Notes: a model not told the origin generated them from the letters alone. DNA of 27,083 nt from an uncultured Candidatus Peribacteria bacterium (GCA_964449635.1 CAYUZH010000004.1:1-27083); one strand, 5' to 3'. Positions 1 to 10,869 are shown, numbered from the stretch's first letter. Translations and numbers: made by a program.

Positions 1-161
1 TTTTCTTCTACTACGATGTATTGAGGTGGGAGAGGATTCTTTTTACTAAATGTTTCCTGTATCTCTTTGAAGGCTGATTTTTCTAAATGTTCTCAAAAAT
101 TCATTCCAGCAATTTTAACACATACAGAAATATCACTTTGTTTTATATATCGGAATTTCAT
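1..161 (-). CDS. 5' part of a probable GNAT-family N-acetyltransferase (runs off the window edge)
   Basis: ATG at 161; MKFRYIKQSDISVCVKIAGMNF(G)EHLEKSAFKEIQETFSKKNPLPPQYIVVEE resembles a GNAT N-terminus (beta1-helix ... YIVVEE). The acetyl-CoA motif lies outside the window. Confidence 0.45.
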
Positions 162-249
162 AAAAATGTTTTCAAATAACCTACTAAAACTATTGATTTT
201 TGCACGTTCGTCAATAGTCTTTTAAAAAGCTTTTATAATTCGCATTCAA

Positions 250-1149
250 ATGGATAAAAAAGTAGAAATATTTTTGAAAAATAAACCTTCCCGTAAACCA
301 AAACTTATCGTCATCTATTGACCAACAGCCTGTGGAAAGACAGCTCTCAGTATTGAAGTAGCAAAGTTTTTAGATACAGAAATAATTTCTACCGATTCTC
401 GTCAGATTTATAAAAGTATGGATATCGGCACAGGGAAAATTAAAGAAAGTGAAAAACAATGAATCATCCATCATATGATTGATATCATTGAACCGGCTCT
501 TCCCTACTCTGTCTGAGCCTTTCAGCGTGATGCAAAAACTTTCATAGATTGACTCCATAGTAGGTGAAAAACACCAATTCTTTGTGGATGAACGGGACTT
601 TATATCGATAGTCTCGTCTATGATTTTTCTCTCCCAAAAACTCCAAATAGTGAAACTCTGAGGAAGGAGCTGGAAGATGAACTCAAAGAGAAAGGAAGTG
701 AATATATGTTTGAAAAATTAAAGCGTATTGATCCAGAATACGACCATGAGATTCATCCAAATAATACAAAATATGTCTTGCGTGCTATAGAAGTTAAACT
801 CCTCACAGGAAAATCAAAATCCAAATTTAAGGAAGAAAAAAAACTAAGCTATGACACGCTTTTTATCACACCGTATGATGGGAATCGAGAAAAACTCTAT
901 GCCCGAATCAACGCACGTGTCGAAGCGATGTTTGAAGAGGGGCTTGTGGGAGAAGTAGAAAATTTGATAAAAATACCCAGGTTTATCTGAAGCCTCGCAA
1001 GTGAGTGAATCGGATATGCAGAAGTTATCGATTACATACATCAAAAAATACCGCTCAAAGAAGCGGTAAATCTTGTTCAGCAGCATAGTCGAAACTATGC
1101 CAAGAGGCAATTGACGTGGTTTAGGAGGTATGAGGGGAAGGTTCTATAA
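250..1149 (+). CDS. miaA: tRNA dimethylallyltransferase, 299 aa
   Basis: IVIY(G)PTACGKT P-loop, [24 protein letters not shown](G)[21 protein letters not shown]; continuous frame to TAA when TGA=Gly. Confidence 0.97.
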
Positions 1150-1731
1150 ATTCTCTCAAAATATTTCTTCTAGAGAACGAAAATAACATGTTGGATATCA
1201 AACTCCTGTCTCTGGATTTTTCTCGTGACAGACTGAGTTCGTTGTCGGTTGTACTTGAACCCTAAAAATAATATTTTCATTTGAATCAACTCCTCTCTGG
1301 AATGTCTCTGGAAAGAGTATTATTATATCCCCACTCGTTGCTCATTTTTTCTGAAGCCTTGCATTTGTTTTACTATATACCCATAATTCCCTATCTCTTT
1401 TTGAATTTTCAAATGCTTCGCTATTCATATTAGCTACATAATATACTTCCCCTTCTGGAGAATAAAGAATCACTCCAACCGTAGCTGTTTCATTTGGAAA
1501 TATTTCCGATAATTCTCAAACTTCTTTCCATTCAATTTTTGGAAGTTCAGGTGAAAGTTTTTTCGTACGAATAAGAAGAGAATCTTTATTACAGTTCCCA
1601 CAGATTTTATGTACCTTTTCTACTGTAGTTTTTACAAGGATTTTTGTATCTCAAAAAGAAGAAGTACTAAGTGACATATCTCCACTATCATCTACTGCTA
1701 AACATCTAAACTGTGTTTTATTTGCTGACAT
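1144..1731 (-). CDS. HisI-like (phosphoribosyl-AMP cyclohydrolase fold) protein with an extra degenerate N-terminal copy, 195 aa
   Basis: [25 protein letters not shown](G)ATSG and VCH...TCYFR match the HisI motifs MLGYMNxEAL, SRSRxxLWxKGETSG and CH...SCF. The DCD motif is absent from this copy. Confidence 0.75.
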
Positions 1732-1863
1732 AATAATACTTTATATAAAAATATAAATTCAGTATATAACTATTTTTAATTTAATGTCAATTATAAATTC
1801 CTGATAAAATCTTTGTCTTATGATACAATAAAAGGGAATAAAATATTTTTAATATATTTTCCC

Positions 1864-3219
1864 GTGTGACTCAAAGATTTCCTTGATAAAAGTATGAAAT
1901 CTCCCGCTCCCGACAATTCATCATCTTCTCCTGAAAAAGTAGAGGATTTATTTAGCGTTAAATCAGCTGAAAGTTCAGCAGAATACGAAAACTCAGATCT
2001 CCATTTATTTAACTATGGGACCGCATGAGATGACAGTACAACGATTAGTCTTGTCAATGATATATTTCTCGCTGCTTTTACAGAACAGGCTTCGGATATC
2101 CATATAGAACCACGAGAAAAACTTGTAAAGATTCGTTTTCGTGTCGATGGAAACTTTGTAAACTACAAAGATCTCCCTTTAAGTCAAAGGGATTCTCTCA
2201 TTGCTCGTATCAAAATTATGGCATATTTGAGAATAGACGAACACAGACTTCCACAAGATGGAAAAATAAACTATAAACTCTTTGCTGGAAAAACGGTCGA
2301 TATGCGTATCTCTGTTATCCCCACTATTTACGGAGAAAAATGTGTTATCCGTATACTAAAGAAAGACGAGAAACCACCTGAACTCAAAGAACTCTGAGTG
2401 CTTCCATACAATATGGTAAAAATTAAAAACCATCTCCAAGATAATTTTGGGATGATTCTTGCGGTTTGACCAACTGGAAGTGGAAAATCAACGACTCTTT
2501 TTACTCTTCTCTCTCAATTTAATCCAGAGGAAAACAATATCTCTACTCTTGAAGACCCGGTTGAATATCGAATCCCTGGAGTTAACCACACCCAGATTAA
2601 TCCAAGTATTGATTTTTCTTTTGCTACGGGACTTCGCTCACTTCTTCGTCAAGATCCAGATATCATTATGGTAGGAGAAATTCGTGATGAAGAGACGGCA
2701 AAACTTGCGGTAGAAGCGAGTATCACTGGTCATATCGTCTTTTCTACTCTTCATACCAATAGTGCGGTTCATACTATACAACGTCTGACAAATCTCGGAG
2801 TTGACCCACTTCTTATCACTTCTTCTATTCGACTCATTATATCCCAAAGACTCGCAAGAAAACTTTGTCCTCACTGTAAAGAAAGTTATACCGCTGATGA
2901 GAAAATTTCTGAAAATATCTTTAAGCAAGTAGGAAAATACATAAAAAATAAAAATTCTCTTCCCCTTTTTAGAGCTCATGGAGGAGGATGTGAAAAATGT
3001 AACGGAACTTGATATAAAGGAAGAATTTGATTTTTTGAAGTTCTCGAAATCACTGAAAAACTCGAAAATCTCATTCTTACAAATGCTAGCAAAACACAGA
3101 TGGAAATACAAGCACTCGGAGACGGAATGGTACCGATGAAAGAAGATGCTCTCCTAAAAGTAGTTATGTGAGATACAAGCCTTGAAGAGATGCTTTCTGT
3201 CCTTTGAGTCAGTAGTTAG
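1864..3219 (+). CDS. PilB/GspE-family secretion or pilus assembly ATPase (paralog 1), about 451 aa; start is GTG 1864 or ATG 1894
   Basis: ASDIHIEP, IRFRVDG, DEHRLPQDG, AV(G)[48 protein letters not shown]...GCEKC; ends at TAG 3217-3219. Confidence 0.95.
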
Positions 3220-3316
3220 AATGTAAATCCTGAAAAAAGGAAATATACTTATAAAATATCTATTGAAAATATTTGTTTTCTCACTATGTTTATGATACAA
3301 TTTCTAAGTATATCTT

Positions 3317-3586
3317 ATGATTCCATTTGAAGAAAGTACAAACATACTCAATCGATTTTTTGATAAATACGATTTCTCTCCAAAAGACCGCTACGAGATA
3401 GCACAAATCTATAGTCTTTTGCCAGAAGAAAAACAAAAAAATATCATCAAAAATTTTGATATTCTCGCTATAAAAATACAAAAAATTGAGGACGATATAC
3501 AGATAGAACAAGAAATCCTCATCGGAGAGGCTCTCAGCAATATACGAATTGCCATAGAGGAAGCAAAAAAAAGAAAATGACTTTAA
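3317..3586 (+). CDS. hypothetical helical protein, 89 aa
   Basis: ORF-track protein extended through TGA CTT to TAA; plausible coding composition and an AT-rich leader. Confidence 0.7.
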
Positions 3587-3617
3587 AAAACTCTTTTATT
3601 AAAACAAAAATAAAAAT

Positions 3618-3950
3618 ATGACGAAAGGTCTTGAAGAAACACTTAATAAATCAGCTCAATGACGACTTGATGAGCTAAAGGCAAATCTTGATAGAGCTGA
3701 AAGAGAAATTTTTCCTGCTTATAGAGAGCAATTCGCAGCCTATAGAAATAGTGTTCTGACGCTTCTTAATAGTCCAGAAAATAGAGCTGTTGCCGATGAT
3801 CCACAGGTTTTAGCTACTATTGAAGCTTCAAATCAAAAGGTAGTTGCTGGCCTTTCAAACCAAGCTTGAAATATAGCAAAAAAACGAGTACGATGAGCTG
3901 TCCGCGAAGCTGCCAACGATAACCCAGAGAAAATTAAGAACGTTGCATAA
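3618..3950 (+). CDS. hypothetical Ala-rich helical protein, 110 aa
   Basis: MTKGLEETLNKSAQ(G)RLDELKANLDRAERE...KIKNVA-TAA; open only with TGA=Gly; followed by a terminator. Confidence 0.75.
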
Positions 3951-3960
3951 AAAAATAATA

Positions 3961-3995
3961 AAAAAGAGAGAAGGAAAGTTTCCTTCTCTCTTTTT
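3961..3995. terminator. bidirectional intrinsic terminator
   Basis: Perfect inverted repeat AAAAAGAGAGAAGGAAA-G-TTTCCTTCTCTCTTTTT between convergent genes. Confidence 0.85.
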
Positions 3996-4069
3996 GTATT
4001 TTCCAAGATGCAATAAATTACGTCTCTACGGTTCCATAAATCATTTTCCAAAACTCTATAAAAGCAACT

Positions 4070-4714
4070 CTACTCTTTCATTTTTTCTTTTTTATAATAA
4101 TTACATACTTCTCTTAATCTACAATCACTACATTTCGGTTTACGAGCGGTGCAGTGATAACGTCCGAAAAATATAAGTGTATGATGGAGGAGCGCATTGT
4201 CGTCATCTGTGAATATCTTCTCAGCTTGTTTATTTGTCTCCAGAGGAGTCTTTGCTTTTACAAGTCAGAGTCTATTCAAAACTCTATGAACATGCGTATC
4301 AACCGCAAGATACGAAGCATTTTCTATGACTGAGAGGAAAACTTTGGCAGTTTTGATCCCAACTCATGGAAGCTTTACTAACTCCTCGAGTGTTCTTGGA
4401 ATCTCTGAATGATATTTTTCTACTAAGATATTGGAAGTCAGAAAGATATTTTTCGCTTTATTGTTAAAAAATGAAACCGAGCGAACCTGATTTCTTATAA
4501 ACTCTTCCCCAAGATTCACTCCATCGCTTGGAGTTTTGAGATGTCCGAAGAATACTGTATTCACTTTATTCACCTGTTTATCTGTTGTTTGAGCTGACAT
4601 AATAATCGCTACGAGAAGTTGAAATTCATTTTCGTAGTCAAGCTCGGTCAGTGCATCTGGAAACATTTCAAAAAGGACAGATTTTACAAAGTTGATTTTT
4701 TCTCGAAGTTGCAT
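4070..4714 (-). CDS. nth: endonuclease III, 214 aa
   Basis: FQLLVAIIMSAQTTDKQVN, HhH motif LVKLP(G)VGIKTAKV, AVDTHVHRV, 4Fe-4S motif CTARKPKCSDCRLREVC. Confidence 0.97.
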
Positions 4715-4715
4715 G

Positions 4716-5090
4716 TTAGTATTTTTTTATTTTAAATAGTCGGTAGTGTCTCGTAAATTGTTTTGATGTTGCTATGTATTTTTCAGATAAGGAAGACTTA
4801 AAAAAATATCAGGCTCCCATCTGTTCTAGAAGTATATATCCGTTTTTTAACATAAACTGTAAAAAATATTTCTCTTTGGTTGTTATATATTCGTTACTAG
4901 TAAAAGGAATTTCTACTACTTCTTTTCATCTCATTTCTCAATATATCGTTGCTAAGATAATTATGATAGAATTTGGTTCTTGAAAAAAAGCTGATTTATA
5001 AAAAGAGATAACTACGAAACAACAGAAAAGCATTCATAATACTATCAACTTCTTTACAATATTTTTATAGGATTTCTTCTTTTCGTTCAT
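4716..5090 (-). CDS. hypothetical membrane-anchored protein, 124 aa
   Basis: MNEKKKSYKNIVKKLIVL(G)MLFCCFVVISFY: basic N-terminus plus hydrophobic helix; its stop lies 1 nt before the nth start. Confidence 0.7.
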
Positions 5091-5145
5091 AAAAATTTCT
5101 GTATAGTATTCTTGAAAAAGAATACTCCCTTTTTATAAAAATTCA

Positions 5146-5865
5146 ATGTACACACGACCTTTTTATATTGATACTCCCGTTTGAAACAATGCTTTTTCTT
5201 TTGAAAAGAGAAGAAATAAACATATTTTTGTCCCGAGCTTACAAGAAGCAAAGTACCTGAGCGAGATAAAATTATGAAATGAAATTGTTTTTGAAGATAT
5301 CGATGAAAATGGCGTTCTTCAATCTTGTACTGGATTACAGAATTTTTATAAATTTGATATAAAGATTGATACAAAAAATATTCCTCTCTACCTCGTTGAT
5401 AATCACAATCACGTTCTTTTTTTCTGGTATCAAGCTTTCTATAACGGAGTTTTAAAAGAATTCGGAAATAATGTGCTTCATATTGATGAACATGCCGATA
5501 CGAGAGTTCCTGAAACTTTTTTACAGAAAAGAGATTTAGAAACTATTTTTGATTATACAAACTTCGTTACAAATGTGGGTAATTATATGATTCCCGCTCA
5601 AAAAGAAGGACTCGTATGAGAGATTTTTCAAATTCGTGATGAGTGAAGTCTCGAACATGATTATGATACTCAAATACTGAATCTTGACCTTGATTTTTTC
5701 AGTCCTCGGCTTGATTATATTCCCTATCAAAAGAAAAAAGAATTTATACTGAAACATATCAAAAAAGCAGATATTATCACTGTGTGCACTTCTCCGTTTT
5801 TTATAAAGCAGGAACTTGCATTGAAAGTTTTTAAAGATATATTTAGTGAGTTTATTAATGACTAA
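5146..5865 (+). CDS. UPF0489-like (arginase/deacetylase-fold) protein, 239 aa
   Basis: LVDNHNHVLFFWY, VLHIDEHAD and ILNLDLDFF motifs. Confidence 0.7.
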
Positions 5866-5873
5866 ACATAACA

Positions 5874-6140
5874 ATGCTATTAAAAGAAGTCGTAGCAAAT
5901 AGGGATTATATAACAGAAAAAGAACTTATTGTAAACCTAAGGCATCCATGAGAAAATGGGAAAATACGTATGAGCGCTTATAAAATCCCACAGTGATATA
6001 TTGTTACTCCTACAAATATACGATGAAATGTCTGCCGTGCAGTAGAATTTTGGCTTCGCATTGAGTGAGAAAATAAAGAATCCTTTTTTTCATATCCGAT
6101 TGGTCTTTTTGCACACTATTTTACCCCTTATAAAGAGTAG
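5874..6140 (+). CDS. hypothetical protein, 88 aa
   Basis: MLLKEVVANRDYITEKELIVNLRHP(G)ENGK...YFTPYKE-TAG; exactly fills the gap between two co-oriented genes. Confidence 0.65.
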
Positions 6141-6141
6141 T

Positions 6142-6663
6142 ATGCCTCAACAACTTTATGAAAATATCGTGAATATTTTGAAAAACCTCACTATCCCCTA
6201 TAAAGAAATCGACCACGAAGCCTCTACGAGTTGTGAGCATTCAAAAGAACTCAGGAAAAAAGAATGACTCGAATGAGTCGGAAGTAAAAATATTGTTTTC
6301 CATGCCAAGGGTAAATTCTACCTTGTCACGACTCTCGGAGACAAAGATATCAAAGCAAGAAATTTTAAACACGAATTTGGCACCAAAGATATACGATTCG
6401 CTAGCCAAGATGAAATCACTCGTGAGCTTTGAGCTACGATTGGAAGTATTCCTCCTTTTGGTTTTACAAATACAGAAATTCCCCTCTTTGTTGACAAGGA
6501 AATATTTGAAAACGAGTTTTTTTGTTTTAATCCTTGAACTCCCGAAAAGTCCATCCAGATTTCAACAAATGACTTAAAGAAAGTCTATCTTTCTCTAGAA
6601 AATAGTACAAAACTTTTTGACTTCAAAGATGAAGAAAATAAAATAATCTATGAATTAAATTAA
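6142..6663 (+). CDS. YbaK/ProX-family aminoacyl-tRNA deacylase, 173 aa
   Basis: IPYKEIDHEA, GSKNIVF (catalytic Lys), IRFASQDE, L(G)ATIGSIPPFG, LFVDKEIF. Confidence 0.88.
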
Positions 6664-6664
6664 G

Positions 6665-6692
6665 TTGACAAATATTATTATAAATTTATTAT
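6665..6692 (+). promoter_or_regulatory. putative sigma70 promoter for the 6728 gene
   Basis: TTGACA at 6665-6670 and TATTAT at 6687-6692 (16-nt spacer). Confidence 0.45.
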
Positions 6693-6727
6693 ACATAATA
6701 ATATTTTCAAGAAATCATCACAAATAT

Positions 6728-7285
6728 ATGTTTACACTAATGGTTTGCTGATACAATCATGAAGAAAGATGATTATGATCTAAGGTAGGTGAGGTGATAC
6801 GTGATAACAAATCTATTATAGAAGCTATCCGCTCTTGTCCTTTTGCGAATGATGGAAACAATATCCTTTGTGCACACCCTGCTGCATTTGGGATGAATGG
6901 TTTCGATAAGTATATTTTTAGTACTATTGGAATTTTAGAAAGCGACGAAGAGAAAAAAGAGAAAAAAAGAATTTTTGAAACACTCCTTCAAGCTTCTAGC
7001 CAACTAGACCAACTGAGGCGTATCTCTTTAGGGGGAATATCTCAAATGGAGTCGCCTGAATTACACTGATTATGAGAGACTTATACAAATCTCGTTTCTC
7101 AAGCAAAAAAAATTCTTATAGATAATGGTTACTCTTTTACTCGTGAAATATGACAAACAAGAAAAGCTCCACTAAAGGTTCAAAGAGAAGAATTTTATAG
7201 GCTTATTATAGAAGCTCAAAATATTATTAAAGAAGAATATCTAAAGTTTCTCTTAAATATTGGTATCGAAGTAGAATATAAATAA
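6728..7285 (+). CDS. hypothetical protein, 185 aa
   Basis: Open from ATG 6728 to TAA 7285 with TGA=Gly; contains ORF-track fragment 6794-7069. Confidence 0.75.
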
Positions 7286-7318
7286 AAAATCCCTCTAAAG
7301 TTGGAGGGATTTTTTATT
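7281..7318. terminator. bidirectional intrinsic terminator
   Basis: AATAAAAAATCCCTC-8 nt-GAGGGATTTTTTATT, overlapping both convergent stop codons. Confidence 0.85.
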
Positions 7319-7854
7319 TATTCTTTTGGAATCACTGCTTCTATTGCAGCGAATGTCGCTTCTTTTCATTTCGGAACCAATATTGTTATACTGTCCCCTA
7401 TCTCAGCTTTAAAATGAGTCACCGCTGCTGTGAGAACGCTATACACATTTCCATCAGCAAGTACTTGAAATTTTCATTGATCTTTTGTAAGAAGTCCGAC
7501 TTTTATATCTCTTTCTATTTGTTGAATTTGCTTATAAAGCATTCTTCCACTTCCATCTATAGTAAGTTTCATTTTATCTCCTTGTACCAATTTTGATTTT
7601 GAAGCATAATTTACTGGAACCGGATATTTATGTCCATCTACTCCAAGCATTTCTTCTCCCGTAAATACTCATTCTACTATTTTATCTTCTCCACTTTTAT
7701 ATGAATGGAAACCTGAAGTATCGACATCTACATTGGAACCAATATCTATGTTTTCTTCATTGAGAATTTCTTTCAATATTCTCTTCGCACTTCTAATCGA
7801 CATCTCGGCATTTTCGATAAAGTCACGGATGGCTTGAATTTTTTTCTTTTCCAT
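7318..7854 (-). CDS. conserved CPR-type hypothetical protein, 178 aa
   Basis: KIVE(G)VFTGEEMLGVDGHKYPVPVNYASKSKLVQGDKMKLTID is a motif I recognise from CPR hypothetical proteins (from recall, unverified). Confidence 0.75.
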
Positions 7855-7946
7855 TGGTTTGTATTTTTATTTGTAAGTATGTAATTATTGTATTGAATTC
7901 TCTCGTTTTTGTAAATGAAATCGCGTTTACTTTTTAAGCCAAGTGA

Positions 7947-8942
7947 TTATAAATATAGATTCAGAAGGATTTTTATATTGGAACCAAAAAAAAGTGCAAA
8001 AAATATTCAAAAAGCAAGAAATGGTCAAAATGGAATCATCATATTTTCTTTGAACTTTCCCGTCTTTAAGTATTTGAAAAAAAGTACGGACAAACCAATG
8101 ATGCTTCAGCAAATATACGTTGCAAAAAATCAAGTAAGAAGATACGAAAATCCAAGCATTAGTCACATCAAAAGAGCAATACGAAAATCTCCTCCTCATA
8201 TCCAAGCCCCTCCACTTATATAATACTGAACATAAAAGAAAACAAACATGACATACCCTGCAAGCATTCATTCAAGAGGTTGAAAATCGAGAATTTTTAT
8301 TCAAAAATACGAGTAGAGAAATATCGTGAGAACTCCTATCCCTCATAAAAGAAGAATATCCATTTTTTCCTCTTTTTCTTGCAACATGATAGCATACAAG
8401 GTAATAAAAATAATTCCTGTAGCTGTTGTAAAAGTCCCGATTTCAAGATATGAGAAATTTCAATGAACGAGTGCGAGGTAGAAAAGATAAAATAAAGCAG
8501 TAATATTTGCAATAGCAAGGATACTTTCTGGTATTTCCATGTACAAAATATCGTAAAATACATATACGACTGTACAAAATGCCAGTACCAAAAGTACGAG
8601 GAGCTTTAACCATTCGTCACTCATCCCTATAGGAAAAAATATTTTTTCGACATCGATCATAAAATAGCCTACCATAGTAAAAAAGCTTGCCATAGTAATT
8701 TCCAAAAGTGGATACACAAAAGGGATTTTTGATTGACAGTATCGACATTTTCCTCATGTTGAAAGGAAAGAAAAAAGAGGAAATAAATCACATGTTTTAA
8801 GCTGATGCATACATCGAGGGCAATGACTCCTTCCTGTAAATATCCCTTTTTCTTTGCTTTTAATTCTATAAATAACGACCGAAGCAAAACTTCAAAAGAT
8901 AGCTCCCAAAATTCATAAAAATGTGTAAAAAAATAATTCCAT
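7947..8942 (-). CDS. pilD: prepilin peptidase (A24A, PilD/GspO type), 331 aa
   Basis: F(G)SFASVVIYR, GRSHCPRC, KCRYC, YPLLE, first Asp motif FYDILYMEIP, second W I(G)GGDFRIA, IPF(G)PFLA; many TM helices. Confidence 0.93.
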
Positions 8943-8997
8943 ACTATCAAAAAAGATAAAATAAATGTACCCGTATCTAAGTTTAAGAGAATACAAA

Positions 8998-9035
8998 AAA
9001 AAAGAAAGAGAAGTATATAACTTCCTTTCTTTTTT
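8998..9035 (-). terminator. probable terminator after rpmG
   Basis: Bulged hairpin AAAAAGAAAG-GAAGT/ACTTC-T-CTTTCTTTTT followed by a U-run on the minus strand. Confidence 0.6.
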
Positions 9036-9052
9036 AATTCTAAAAAAATCTC

Positions 9053-9229
9053 TTATTTTTTGAGTTCTTTCATTCTGAGAACTTCGTGTTTTCTTGTAAT
9101 TTTGTTATATTTTCTGAGTTCAAGCTTTTCACCTGCCTCAAAATTTTTCTTTTGAATATTTGTTACATGAACGAGATTTCCAGTTTCAGTTGAGTAAAAC
9201 CCAACGTATGTTCTTTTCCCTTTTGCCAT
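9053..9229 (-). CDS. rpmG: 50S ribosomal protein L33, 58 aa, cysteine-free type
   Basis: MAKGKRTYVGFYSTETGNLVHVTNIQKKNFEAGEKLELRKYNKITRKHEVLRMKELKK. Confidence 0.92.
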   Translation of the reverse strand: MAKGKRTYVGFYSTETGNLVHVTNIQKKNFEAGEKLELRKYNKITRKHEVLRMKELKK

Positions 9230-9290
9230 AAATCTATATAAATTAATTAAAATCGTGCGGATTATACAAACAAATTTAGAAAAATCAAAA

Positions 9291-9545
9291 CTATTTTTTT
9301 TGTTTATTGAGAATACGAGCTTCTTCAAATGCATCATATGCTAATACGATACTTATACCTATCCCGCCAATCCATGTTAAATAAGAGAACGTATGAGAAA
9401 CCGAATAGAGAATTTCATCTATAAGAGAAATACAAGCTATACAAAGCCAAAAATATCAAATTACTTTTCTTGTTCAGTTATTGTAAATATACCCTCCTCA
9501 TAAAAAAAGAAAGTTCAAAAGTCATGAAATCCAAGGATTACGCAT
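9291..9545 (-). CDS. small membrane protein, 84 aa (TM2-like N-terminal motif)
   Basis: MRNPWIS(G)LLNFLFL(G)GGYIYN followed by two further hydrophobic segments. Confidence 0.65.
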
Positions 9546-9562
9546 AGTTTTAAAAAATAGTA

Positions 9563-10108
9563 CTAAATTTTCATGATATCAACTTCTTTTTTCTTAAACA
9601 TCTCATCTATCTTATCATTGGCATCATCAACGAGTTTTTGAAGATCTTTTTCATAACTTTTTACATCATCTTCAGAAAGCACCTTATCATCTTTTCACTT
9701 TTTGATATCCTTGAGAGAATCTTGGCGAGCATTTCTCACGCTTACTTTTGCATCTTCCAGCATATTTTTTGCAATTTTTACTGTATCTCTTCTACGTTCT
9801 TCTGTCATCGCTGGAATCTTAATCATCACCCCATCTGCCATCGTTTGAGGATTAAGTCAAAGATTTGCCTCTGTGATTGATTTTGCTATTTTTTGGAGAA
9901 TACTTTTATCCCATGGTTGGATTGAAAGCGTCTGAGAATCAAGCATATTGACGCTCGCACAGTTTTTGAGTGGTTGAAATGAACCATACTGTTCTACCAA
10001 AACGTCCTCTACGATAGCAGGATTTGCTCTTCAAAGTTGAAGCTTTGAAAACTCTGTTTCGAGATGGTGAATCGCTTTTTTTATACCGTCTGTTGCTTTT
10101 GTTAACAT
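9563..10108 (-). CDS. frr: ribosome recycling factor, 181 aa
   Basis: LQL(G)RANPAIVEDV, LSIQPWDK, IPAMTEERR, VRNARQD, KKEVDIMKI-TAG. Confidence 0.97.
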
Positions 10109-10221
10109 AATTTCATTTAAAATATAAATACAAAACAAATTTTATAAAAAAGTAGACTGAAAGCAAGAGGAAAATATAATATGATTTGATTTTAAAGAGA
10201 ACCTATTACACTTACTTTAAT

Positions 10222-10851
10222 ATGAAAAAGAAGCTTCTCCTTATAGTACTTTGCCTCAGCTGAATTCTCTTCACCGTTTGAGTAAATTTATTTATTGTCA
10301 TATCTACAAAACCATTTATATCAAATACTCTTGAAAATATTGGAGAAAATCGTGTATGAATTGTTCTCTGAGCAAAGGTAAAAATAGGCGGTATTCCTTC
10401 TGATATTCTCAAAGACCGACTTGATGGAAGTATCAATGCTTATAAAATAGGGAAAATTCAAAGAATTATTGTTTCTGGGGACAATAGTACTGTCGAGTAC
10501 GACGAACCAACCGTTATGAAAGAGTATTTAGTAAAAAATTGAATCTCTGAAAAAGATATCTCCCTTGATTACGCTGGATTTGATACCTATGACTCACTGT
10601 ACAGAGCAAAAGAAATCTTTTGAGTTTCGAAAATAACTATTTTTACTCAGTGATTTCACCTTCCAAGAAGTGTATTTATTGCTCAAAATATCTGAATAGA
10701 TGCTCTTGGATTTGCTACCGACTATCACATCTATACTTCTGAGAGAAAAAATGAATTTCGTGAAACATTTGCCCGATTGAAAGCATGGTTTGATGTGAAA
10801 ATTTGGCACTCAAAACCGAAGTTTTTGGGAGAACCTATAATAATTAAATAG
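10222..10851 (+). CDS. SanA/ElyC (DUF218) envelope protein, 209 aa
   Basis: N-terminal TM, IVL(G)A, LKDRLD, IIVSGDN, YDEPTVMKEYL, LDYAGFDTYDSLYRAKEIF, TQ(G)FHLPRSVFIA, REtfARLK. Confidence 0.92.
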
Positions 10852-10869
10852 TCATTTTTTTTCGAATAT

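Noticed and set aside
1144-1731. Assigning the gene symbol hisI
   Set aside because: The Mg-binding DCDxD motif is altered and no other his genes are nearby, so function in histidine synthesis is unsupported.
3833-4176. ORF-track proteins 3833-4051 (-) and 3943-4176 (+)
   Set aside because: They cross the bidirectional terminator and overlap better-supported genes.
7318-7854. Calling this protein ribosomal L7/L12 (a label I recall on similar CPR proteins)
   Set aside because: It has no L7/L12 motifs, and the real rplL C-terminus is at 26952-27083.
7915-8950. ORF-track proteins 7915-8223, 7927-8271, 8336-8563 and 8669-8950
   Set aside because: They are antisense or alternative-frame shadows of the prepilin peptidase gene.
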